In this document: positions 18,614-26,582 of the stretch, one piece after another
Numbering within the stretch: the stretch's first letter is position 1
Layout of the letters: each line of letters opens with the position of its first letter
Assembly (NCBI GenBank): GCA_044223005.1
Contig: JBGAML010000005.1
Span: 1-64,000, forward strand
Origin: Candidatus Eiseniibacteriota bacterium
GTDB lineage: Bacteria > Eisenbacteria > RBG-16-71-46
DNA: 64,000 nt
Direction of reading: 5' to 3'
Program-made: the position numbers and the translations under genes
The notes under the pieces: model-generated
What the model saw: only the letters and a program-made list of their open reading frames with translations
What the model was told of the DNA's origin: nothing
Databases searched by the model: none

Positions 18614-20248
18614 CTAGCGGACGACGGCCATCCTCCGCGTGAAGTGCTCGGCGCCGACCTGGAGCTGGGTGAAGTAGAGGCCCGAGCGCACGGCGCGGCC
18701 GGCGTCGTCCGTCCCGTCCCAGCTCACGTCGTTCATGCCCGGCGCGAACGGACCGGCGAGCGTCCGCACGCGGCGGCCCGATGCGTCGAAGACGCCGAGG
18801 GCGACGTGCGATTCGCCGGCGGGCAGCGCGAAGGTGATGTGCGTCGCCGACGTGACGGGATTCGGCCAGTTGCCGAGCAGCGCCGCGGCCGCCGGAAGCC
18901 TGACCGCGCCCGAGGCCGAGGCGTCGTAGGTGGTGCTGGCCACGTCCGTCGCGCCGTTGCCGTAGCGCGAGGTGGCGGTGAGCTGCAGCCGGAGCGAGCC
19001 GGCGGTACGCTCGGCGCCCTGCAGCGCCGTCGCCTGCGGGCCGGCCGCGAGGGTGCCGAGGCTGCGGCGTGCGAGTACGCGGCCGCTCGCGGCGTCCGAC
19101 ACGACGAGCACGACGTCCGCGGCGTCGGTGAGGGTGAAGCGCGCTTCCGGCGTGTTGCCCGCGCTCACGCCGAGACCGTCGACGGCGACGCCGAGGTCCC
19201 AGCGCTTGATGCCGCTGCCCGTGGCCCACTGCTCGACCGAGAGCGCGCTCGCCTGGCCGACCCGGGTCACGGAACCGTCGCGGTGGTCGCGCACGGTGAA
19301 GAAGGGGATCGTGAAGCCGCGGGGCTGCGCGAGCCCCTGGCGCAGCTCGGCGACCGGCGCGAGCGCCGGGCTCAACTTGCGCACGACGCCGCCGCGCGGC
19401 GCGGCTGCGTAGAGGTTGCCCCAGCGGTCGGTGTCGAGCGAGGTCACCATGTCGGCCCCCGCGGGCGCGTCGCCGACCCACGCGAAGGCGCCGCCGTCGA
19501 AGCGCAGGTGCGCCAGGCGCTGGTTGTGCGCGTCGGCGACGTAGACGTCGTTCGTGTGCGCGCCGTCGTGGCGGCCGGCGGCGATCGCCATCGGGCCCGC
19601 GAAGGCACCCGCGGCCGAGCCGAGGCGGCCGATGGCCGCGAGCTCGCGCGGTGCGCCACCCTGCAGCGCGTAGGCGACGATCCGGTTCGCACCGGTGTCC
19701 GCGACGTAGAGGCGATCGTCGGCGGGCGAGAGCGGCGTGCCGCCGTCGGACCACGCGACGCCGTACGGCGCGTGCAGTCCCGTCACCTGGCCCACGGGCT
19801 GGAGCGTCACTTCGCCGAACTCGGTCGTCGCCTGCAGGATCACGACGCGGTCGTTGCCGGTGTCCGCGACGTACACGCGGTCCTGGTCGTCGACCGCGAG
19901 CCCGTGCGGCTGTGCGAGGGCCCCGACGGAGCCACCGGCGCCGTTCCACGCACGCAGCGTCTGGCCGGCTTCGCCAACCACGAGGCGGTTCCACTTCGGG
20001 TCCGAGACGACCTCGAAGTGGCGCGCCTCCACGTACGGGAAGCGGTCGTAGACGTCCACGTGCGAGATCGTCACCGTCGCCCACGGGTCACCGAACACGT
20101 CGCGCCCGAGCTGCGTCCGTGCCACGTCGCGCGTCAAGGCGTCGATCCCGAGATCGGGCGCGATCGGCGTGCGCGAGAACGTCGCGGCACCGGCGGCCGT
20201 CGTCGCCACCAGGGTCAGGCCCATCGCCAGCAGAAGATCGCGTCTCAC
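18614..20248 (-). CDS. NHL-repeat beta-propeller protein with C-terminal FlgD Ig-like domain
   Basis: PHGLAVDDQDRVYVADTGNDRV repeats; NWPNP..VFDASGRRVRTL..WDGTDDAGRAVRSGLYF. Confidence 0.88.
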   Translation of the reverse strand: MRRDLLLAMGLTLVATTAAGAATFSRTPIAPDLGIDALTRDVARTQLGRDVFGDPWATVTISHVDVYDRFPYVEARHFEVVSDPKWNRLVVGEAGQTLRAWNGAGGSVGALAQPHGLAVDDQDRVYVADTGNDRVVILQATTEFGEVTLQPVGQVTGLHAPYGVAWSDGGTPLSPADDRLYVADTGANRIVAYALQGGAPRELAAIGRLGSAAGAFAGPMAIAAGRHDGAHTNDVYVADAHNQRLAHLRFDGGAFAWVGDAPAGADMVTSLDTDRWGNLYAAAPRGGVVRKLSPALAPVAELRQGLAQPRGFTIPFFTVRDHRDGSVTRVGQASALSVEQWATGSGIKRWDLGVAVDGLGVSAGNTPEARFTLTDAADVVLVVSDAASGRVLARRSLGTLAAGPQATALQGAERTAGSLRLQLTATSRYGNGATDVASTTYDASASGAVRLPAAAALLGNWPNPVTSATHITFALPAGESHVALGVFDASGRRVRTLAGPFAPGMNDVSWDGTDDAGRAVRSGLYFTQLQVGAEHFTRRMAVVR

Positions 20249-20279
20249 GGATGTGCTCCTCTCTTCGGCTCCGCGCGAA

Positions 20280-21416
20280 TCAGCGGAAACGCAGGTCGAA
20301 TCCGGACTCGAGGATGTTCGCGGAGTAGTTGTTGCTGTTGAAGTAGCGCTCGTAGCGCATCCATGCCGCCATGCGCCCCAGCAGCGGGTGCGCCGACGCG
20401 AGGCCGTCGAGATCGAGGTGCAGCGAGGTGCCGAACAGGTGTGACGAGAGCGGCCCGAGGCGGTAGTCCCCGGTCAGGTAACCGCCGATGCCGCTGGTGC
20501 TGGGGTACTCCGTGCGCCAGAAGTCGGCCTGGGTCTGCGTGTACCAGCGGTACTCCCAGCGCACCGACGTGGCGCGCGTCACGTACTGCTCGAGCCGCGT
20601 GTCGACCGCGTGCGAGGTGACGCCCCAGTCGTCGCCATAGAAGCGGTAGTCGAGCTTGAGGCTGCCGCGTTCGGGCAGCGCCTGGCTGACGCGCAGGAAC
20701 AGGTCCCGGCGCTGCCGGTGGTCCGGCGTGCGCTCGGGCACGTGCGTGCCGCCCGCGTACACGTTGCGGTAGGGGTTGTGCTGCAGGCCGCTGACGAAGT
20801 TGATCTCCGCGCCCACGCGCACCACGGTGACCGCCGAGACGATCTGCGTCGCGACCGCGTTCCAGTGCAGCGTGGTCTTGGTCGCGTCGCCCTGCTGCGT
20901 GTCGCTGTCGCGCAACGGCTTGATGTCGTCCCAGGCGTAGCTCGAGCCCAACTGCAGGTTGGTCTGGTCGCCGTTGAGGCTTCGGCTCACGTTGCCGCCG
21001 ACCATCTGGGCGAGGTAGTCGCTTTCGCTCGACACGTAGTAGTCGAGCGTCGCGGGGCCACCGGAGTACTCGGCCTCGACTTCGTTGCGGACCTTGACGT
21101 AGTCCTCGAAGGCGTTGCCGCTGATGGGCCGGCTCGCGGTGGTGATGGCGTCCACGGCCTCGGCGCTGCCCGCGGGGGCGCTGATCGCCGGGATCGTGAC
21201 CTTCTCGTTGTTCCAGTGCACGTTCACCGCGCGCTGCGCGGTGAGGGGGAGCACGTAGTCGGAGACATAGGAGCGCACGCGCACGTGGTCCGAGTCCGTG
21301 AACAGCCGGAACAGCGTGTTCACGCTCTGCTCGTCCACGCCGGCGGCACGCGCGGTCCCGGGAAGGACCAGCGCGCAGGCCGCCAGCCACGCGACGCTTC
21401 CGAGCCTCCGGCTCAC
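20280..21416 (-). CDS. DUF3570 outer-membrane barrel protein
   Basis: VDAITTAS, SSESDY, GLQHNPYRNV, ERTPDHRQR, YRFYGDDWGVTSH, YTQTQADF, TGDYRLG. Confidence 0.88.
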   Translation of the reverse strand: MSRRLGSVAWLAACALVLPGTARAAGVDEQSVNTLFRLFTDSDHVRVRSYVSDYVLPLTAQRAVNVHWNNEKVTIPAISAPAGSAEAVDAITTASRPISGNAFEDYVKVRNEVEAEYSGGPATLDYYVSSESDYLAQMVGGNVSRSLNGDQTNLQLGSSYAWDDIKPLRDSDTQQGDATKTTLHWNAVATQIVSAVTVVRVGAEINFVSGLQHNPYRNVYAGGTHVPERTPDHRQRRDLFLRVSQALPERGSLKLDYRFYGDDWGVTSHAVDTRLEQYVTRATSVRWEYRWYTQTQADFWRTEYPSTSGIGGYLTGDYRLGPLSSHLFGTSLHLDLDGLASAHPLLGRMAAWMRYERYFNSNNYSANILESGFDLRFR

Positions 21417-21640
21417 TTGCACGCGCAGCCTCCTCCGGCACCGCCGGTGCCGCCGGTCGAGCCCTCGCGGGCCTCGAACTCCTTCATCTTGCGGGCGTCC
21501 TCGCGCGCCTGCGCGTCGAGCGTCACGATGCGGTCGGCGAGCCGCTCCCGCTGGTAGGCGGGCACGGTCGCGCAGCCGCTCGCACCGCTCGCGAGCACGA
21601 GCAGGACGAACCCGATCCCGGCCAGACGTCGCGCCTTCAT
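21413..21640 (-). CDS. DUF4266 small lipoprotein
   Basis: SGCATVPAYQRERLAD..REGSTGG..GGGCACK. Confidence 0.9.
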   Translation of the reverse strand: MKARRLAGIGFVLLVLASGASGCATVPAYQRERLADRIVTLDAQAREDARKMKEFEAREGSTGGTGGAGGGCACK

Positions 21641-22266
21641 CGGTCGGTTCCTTCCGCGGCGGCCGTCGGGCGCGCCGAGAGAAGTTCACGCGTCCGCGCC
21701 GACAGCTCGCGGAACCCGGCTTCGTCGCTGCGCGCGGTGCTCCACACGACGTTGCCGTCGCGATCGAGCACCAGCGTGCAGGGGATCGCCTGGAGGTCGA
21801 GCGTGCGCGCGAGCCCGGCCGGTCCGTCGCAGGCGACGGGCAGCTTGAGGCCGTAGCGGTCCACGAACGCCGCGGCGTTGCGCGGGTCCTGGTCGATCGA
21901 CACCGCGAGCACCTCGCCGCCCTTCGCGGCGATCTCGGCGCTCAGCGCGTCGAGACGCGGCATCTCGCGCCGGCAGGGCCCGCACCAGCTCGCCCAGAAG
22001 TGCACCACGCGGACCGCGGGATGCGCGGCCGCGACGGTGCGGCCGTCGATCGGGCGGAACGACCAGGCGCGCAACACCTGTTCGGCGCGCTCGGCGTCGA
22101 CGCCCGTACCGGAGAGGCGGGCGGGCGCCGCGAAGGCGCTGCCCGCGAGGAGCAGGGCGAAACCGGCGCCGGCGAGCGCCATGCGCACCGTCACGCGACG
22201 GCGGGAACGGCGGGCCGGGAGACCGGCGAGGCTGCCGCGAACGCGGGTATTCCGGCGCGCGCTCAC
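21637..22266 (-). CDS. TlpA family thiol:disulfide oxidoreductase
   Basis: HFWASWCGPCRREMP, AVSID, IPCTLVLDRDG; start uncertain (GTG 22266 overlapping upstream stop, or ATG 22182). Confidence 0.9.
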   Translation of the reverse strand: MSARRNTRVRGSLAGLPARRSRRRVTVRMALAGAGFALLLAGSAFAAPARLSGTGVDAERAEQVLRAWSFRPIDGRTVAAAHPAVRVVHFWASWCGPCRREMPRLDALSAEIAAKGGEVLAVSIDQDPRNAAAFVDRYGLKLPVACDGPAGLARTLDLQAIPCTLVLDRDGNVVWSTARSDEAGFRELSARTRELLSARPTAAAEGTDR

Positions 22267-24230
22267 TTGTACTGCGCTCCCAGGAGGACCCACAGGTTGA
22301 ACAGGCGGCGCTCCGCGGCCGTCAGCGAATCCGGACCGGTGGGATGCGGGGCCTGGCCGTTGCGCGAGCCGAGTGCGAGGACGTAGTCCACGAGCTTCGA
22401 CTTGCGCGGGAACGCCGGGTCGACCTCCTGCTGGGCGAGCTTGCGTGATTCGCCCGACAGGTTGACGTAGGCGCGCGGGAAGATGCGGTTCATCATCGCC
22501 GTGTCGGGCACGGCGGTGAGGTCGAGGTTGCCGGCCGCCGGCGTCGCGCCGTTCGGCTGGTGGCAGGAGACGCACTTGGCCGCGACGATCGGGCCGATCG
22601 TGTTCTCGTAGTTGATGACGGTGAAGCTGCCCTTGGGAATGTTCAGGTCGTAGGGCGGATGCGCGGCCGCCATCGGGTTCGGGTTGGTCGGGAACGGACC
22701 ACCCGGCACGCGCGGCTCATGGCAGCCGACGCAGCGGCTGAACTCCTCGCCCGGCCGCACGTAGAGGTGCGTGCGCTTCACCACGAAGCCACGGCCGTCG
22801 CGGTCCAGCGTCGCGAAGCTCACCGGCGTGTTGGCGGGCACCTTGATGCGGAACGAGCCATCGGGGTAGACGGGCGCCATGCCGATCAGCGCGCGCTTCT
22901 CGAACTCGTTCGCCGACATCTGGTTGTTCTCGCCGACGATCGTGGGCCGCGCGGCGATCACCGCGATGCTGTCGATCGGGTCGACACCGCGCATGGGTAC
23001 TTCCTGGCCATCGTCGTTCGAGCGGTTGAAGACGTCCTGCGCGAGGAAGACGCCGTAGTTGACCGTCGTGTCGACCGTGGACGCGATCACCGGCGGCTTG
23101 GGGTGCGGCGCCAGCAGCTGGGCGTCGAACGCGTTCATCGTCGGGTCGGTGTAGAGGAACGTCAGGTTCTTGATCGAGAACGTCGCCGGATCGGCGACCG
23201 TGCCCGCGCCGACCTGGTTCAGCGTGAAGATGTAGAGCCCGTAGTTGGCGTCCTCGGGCGTCGCGGCCGGCAGCGAGTACGACACGACGAAGCGGTTGCC
23301 GCCGATGCTGCGCGGGTACTTGAACACGCCCTCGGGCCAGGGCTCGCCGCTGGTGTTCACGAGCGGCGTGAGGTCGTCGTAGTGGAGGGACTCCGCGCCG
23401 AGGAGCGGATCCGCGGGCCCCTGCTCGGGCTTGAGCACCTCGATCGGGCCGGCGTCGCCGTTCACCATGGTCGAGCCCACCGCCACGAGGCGGCCGTCGG
23501 GCGACACGGTGGGATGGAAGAAGTTGACGTCGTGCGGGCCGTAGAAGTGGAACGCGCCCGTGCCGTCGGGGTTGGTCGCGAACAGCGGGAAGCGGTTCAT
23601 GGTCCCGAAGTGCTCCCAGCGCGTGTAGACGATGCGGCCGTCGGGCAGCAGTTCGGGATCGAAGTCGTCGCTCTGGTTGTAGCTGATCCGCTCCATCTGC
23701 GAACCGTCCATGTTCGCGGTGTAGAGGTGCTCGGCCGGCGAGTGGTTGTACTCGTCCATCTCGCCGTCCCGGTTGCTCGTGAAGGCGATGCGGCCGTCCG
23801 GCAGGTAGAGCGGGTCGTAGTCGTCGCCGCCGCCACTCGTGATCTGGTGGAGGCCGCTGCCGTCGGCGTTGATCTCGTAGATGTTCCGGTGGGCGCCGCC
23901 GGGCGGGCGCATCGAGAACATGATCTTGGTGCCGTCGAACGACACGGCCGGGTCCGAAACGCTGGCACCGGTGAAGTTCGTGATCGGCGTCACGATGCCG
24001 TCCGGCGAGATCGGCGAGAGCTTGTACAGGTTTCCGTCGTCCCAGTTGCGGTTCAGCGTCTCGGTCGCGTGCGTCTTCACGAAGACGATCGCGTCGGTGG
24101 TGTTTTCCTGCTGGATGAGGTCGTCGGGCGCGCTGCTCTTGCAGCCGCCCAGGATCAGCGAGGCGAGGAGGCCGGTGGTGGCGAGGACCGCCACGCGGGG
24201 CCGCGAAGGAATGCGAGATCGGCGATTCAT
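22263..24230 (-). CDS. HzsA-related (hydrazine synthase alpha-like) PD40 beta-propeller lipoprotein with two c-type heme motifs
   Basis: Lipobox ILGGC, DPAVSFDGTKIMFS, DYDPLYLPDGRIAFTS, DGRIVYTRWEH, DGSFRIKVPANTP..LDRDG..VRPGE..CVGCH, second CVSCH. Confidence 0.85.
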   Translation of the reverse strand: MNRRSRIPSRPRVAVLATTGLLASLILGGCKSSAPDDLIQQENTTDAIVFVKTHATETLNRNWDDGNLYKLSPISPDGIVTPITNFTGASVSDPAVSFDGTKIMFSMRPPGGAHRNIYEINADGSGLHQITSGGGDDYDPLYLPDGRIAFTSNRDGEMDEYNHSPAEHLYTANMDGSQMERISYNQSDDFDPELLPDGRIVYTRWEHFGTMNRFPLFATNPDGTGAFHFYGPHDVNFFHPTVSPDGRLVAVGSTMVNGDAGPIEVLKPEQGPADPLLGAESLHYDDLTPLVNTSGEPWPEGVFKYPRSIGGNRFVVSYSLPAATPEDANYGLYIFTLNQVGAGTVADPATFSIKNLTFLYTDPTMNAFDAQLLAPHPKPPVIASTVDTTVNYGVFLAQDVFNRSNDDGQEVPMRGVDPIDSIAVIAARPTIVGENNQMSANEFEKRALIGMAPVYPDGSFRIKVPANTPVSFATLDRDGRGFVVKRTHLYVRPGEEFSRCVGCHEPRVPGGPFPTNPNPMAAAHPPYDLNIPKGSFTVINYENTIGPIVAAKCVSCHQPNGATPAAGNLDLTAVPDTAMMNRIFPRAYVNLSGESRKLAQQEVDPAFPRKSKLVDYVLALGSRNGQAPHPTGPDSLTAAERRLFNLWVLLGAQYK

Positions 24231-24262
24231 TTGGGTGCGGTGACCTCCGGGCCCGGTCCGCC

Positions 24263-24868
24263 TCACGGCTGGACCGAGCGGTAGAACGCGAGCCCGATCG
24301 TTCCCTGCGGGTACTCGTAAGCGACCACTCCGTTGCGGTCGCGCTGACGCCCGAACACGGTCGCGCGGCGGTATTCGCCGCGGATCGCGAGGTCGTTGCG
24401 GATGAAGAACTCGAGGCCGCCCCCTGCGGTGAGGGCGTTCTTGGTGACCGGCTTGGCGTTGACCGACTGGCTCGGGTACACGATCAGCATCCCGTAACCC
24501 GCGCTGGCGTACGGCTGGAAGCGGCCGGGCAGCGGCCGGCGCACCAGCGCCTGGAACGAGTGCAGCACGGCGTGCGCGGCGGAACCGGGGTTGTGCCCGA
24601 GCGAGCCTTCGTAGCCGAGCCAGGGGGTGGGGGCGTAGGCAGCGCGCAGCAGGTAGATGCGCCCGGACCCGAACGTGCCCCACGCGGGACTCACGGCGAA
24701 CCGGGCCGCGTAGGGGCGCACGCCCGGTGCGACGGCGTAGGGATGCGCGGCGAGCTCGGGGTTGAGCGGCTCGAGCGGCGCCGCGTCCCCGGCGCGCACC
24801 GTGCGTGCGAAGGCGGCGACGCACGCGATCGCGAGGATCGCTCCCGTGACGGCGTGGCGCCCGTTCAC
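24263..24868 (-). CDS. Outer-membrane beta-barrel protein (OmpA-like/porin family)
   Basis: Signal peptide, FQPYASAGYG, AGGGLEFFI..LAIRGEYR, ends IGLAFY. Confidence 0.8.
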   Translation of the reverse strand: MNGRHAVTGAILAIACVAAFARTVRAGDAAPLEPLNPELAAHPYAVAPGVRPYAARFAVSPAWGTFGSGRIYLLRAAYAPTPWLGYEGSLGHNPGSAAHAVLHSFQALVRRPLPGRFQPYASAGYGMLIVYPSQSVNAKPVTKNALTAGGGLEFFIRNDLAIRGEYRRATVFGRQRDRNGVVAYEYPQGTIGLAFYRSVQP

Positions 24869-25317
24869 TTCACCACTCCCGCGTCGACCCAGCCGCGCAT
24901 CGTGCGCCAGTCGGGGTCGGCCGTGGAACCGAACGGCTTGAACGGGTGCGGCGTACCGCCTGCGTCGAGGGCCAGTGGCGCGCGCAGGATCGCGCTGCTG
25001 TCGGGCACGTAGGCCGACACCTGGCGCGTCACCTGGTGGAAGTCGTAGAGCGTGTCCTTCGCCGACGGCGGCGACAGCGCGAGGGTGCCGCGGATCCCGC
25101 CGCCGTGGCAGTCGCCTTCGGCGTCACAGCCCTGTCGCGACAGCACGGGCTCCACGCTGTCCGCGAACTGCGCGTAACTCAGCGTGATCGTGCGGCCGCC
25201 CGAGGGGGGCGCCGGCGGTGCGGTCGGCTTCGCGCAGCCAGGGCTCGCCGCCGCCGCCGTCGCGAGGACGAGGACGGCCAGCAGCACGCGCCTGGGATGT
25301 GCGGTCGGGATGGACAA
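24865..25317 (-). CDS. Lipoprotein with atypical CX5CH putative heme motif; first gene of the operon
   Basis: Lipobox ASPGC, FADSVEPVLSRQGCDAEGDCHGG, distal His in TPHP, MRGWV; TTG start uncertain. Confidence 0.7.
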   Translation of the reverse strand: MSIPTAHPRRVLLAVLVLATAAAASPGCAKPTAPPAPPSGGRTITLSYAQFADSVEPVLSRQGCDAEGDCHGGGIRGTLALSPPSAKDTLYDFHQVTRQVSAYVPDSSAILRAPLALDAGGTPHPFKPFGSTADPDWRTMRGWVDAGVVK

Positions 25318-25508
25318 CGTCGCACGCTCCTGCGGATCGAATCGGTGGAATGCAGTCCCGGCTGATCCGGGAGTCGCCGCCCCTCACGCAACAGCCGGGC
25401 CACGGTCACAAGCGTGATCGGCACATGGGGATGTGTGTTGTGACCCGTTTCTGTACACGGCAGGGAGATTTCGAAATGCACGTCGCGTCGTGCGAAACCC
25501 CCGCGTTG

Positions 25509-26582
25509 TCAGTACTCCGACACGTGGAAGAGGCCGCCGGCCTGCGGTTCCATGTGAAAACGGGCACGAAGGGAGCGCGGCACCCACACGGTGTCGACGC
25601 CGTTCGTTCCGGGATTCACGAGGATCGCGGAGATCTCCGGGTGCTGGCGCGCGACGCGGCGAGCGTCCCGCGGGCCGAGCACGAACAGGGGCGTGTCCCA
25701 CGCGTCGCACTCGAACGCGCTCCGCGAGACGACGGTGACCGCGATGAGGCCGTCGACCGGCCAGCCCGTTCGCGGGTCGAGGATGTGCCCCCACGTACGG
25801 CCGTCCTGTGCGACGAACTGCTCGTACTTGCCCGAGGTGGAGATGGCCTCGCCGGGCTCGAGTTCGACGCGCGCGAAGTAGGGCATGCGATCGCGCGGGT
25901 CCCGCATGCCGATGCGCCAGCGCGGCGCGTCGGCGGGATGCCCCAGTGCGGCCATGTTGCCGGTGAGGTCCACGAGCGCGTCGGTGATTCCGGCCGCACG
26001 CAGGCTCTCGGCGGCGACGGCGACGGCGTAGCCCTTCGCGATTCCACCCAGGTCCACGTGCACCCCCGGTGTCGCGAAGCGCAGCGCCCGCGTCGTCGAG
26101 TCGAACGCGACGCGTTGTGCCCCCACGAGCGCCCGCGCCGCGTCGACCTCGGCGGCGGCCGGAACGCGCTTCGGGCCGCCGAGAAAGCCCCAGAGCCGCA
26201 CCAGCGGTTCGACCGTGACGTCGAAGGCGCCCTCGCTCTCGCGGAAGAGGCGCAGCGAACGCGCGAGCACGCAGGCGACTTCCGGTTCGACGGTCACCGT
26301 GCCGGCTCCCGCCTCGCGGTTGATGCGGGCGACCTCGCTCGTCGCCGTCCAGTTGCTCATGAGCGAATCCACCCGGTGCAGCACGCCGAGTGCATTTGCA
26401 GCCGCGGCCGCTGCGGCGGCGGAATCGGACGTCACGATCACGACGTGCGCGTAAGTGCCCATGACGCGAGCGGGCCACGTGACGGGGCGACGGGGCTCGT
26501 CGCCGCCGAGCGCGGCGGCCGGCAGGAGCACGCAGGCGCCGAGCAGCAGCGTCGCGAACACGGCGTGGCGGCGCGGACTCAT
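25509..26582 (-). CDS. apbE: FAD:protein FMN transferase
   Basis: VMGT, SEGAFDVTV.PL..LWGF, DLGGIAKGYA, STSGKYE, HILDPRTG. Confidence 0.95.
   Translation of the reverse strand: MSPRRHAVFATLLLGACVLLPAAALGGDEPRRPVTWPARVMGTYAHVVIVTSDSAAAAAAAANALGVLHRVDSLMSNWTATSEVARINREAGAGTVTVEPEVACVLARSLRLFRESEGAFDVTVEPLVRLWGFLGGPKRVPAAAEVDAARALVGAQRVAFDSTTRALRFATPGVHVDLGGIAKGYAVAVAAESLRAAGITDALVDLTGNMAALGHPADAPRWRIGMRDPRDRMPYFARVELEPGEAISTSGKYEQFVAQDGRTWGHILDPRTGWPVDGLIAVTVVSRSAFECDAWDTPLFVLGPRDARRVARQHPEISAILVNPGTNGVDTVWVPRSLRARFHMEPQAGGLFHVSEY

Noticed and set aside
22263..24230. Anammox (hydrazine synthesis) capability
   Set aside because: Only an alpha-like subunit is present, as a lipoprotein, with no hzsB/hzsC/hao. 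HzsA-like domains occur in non-anammox bacteria.
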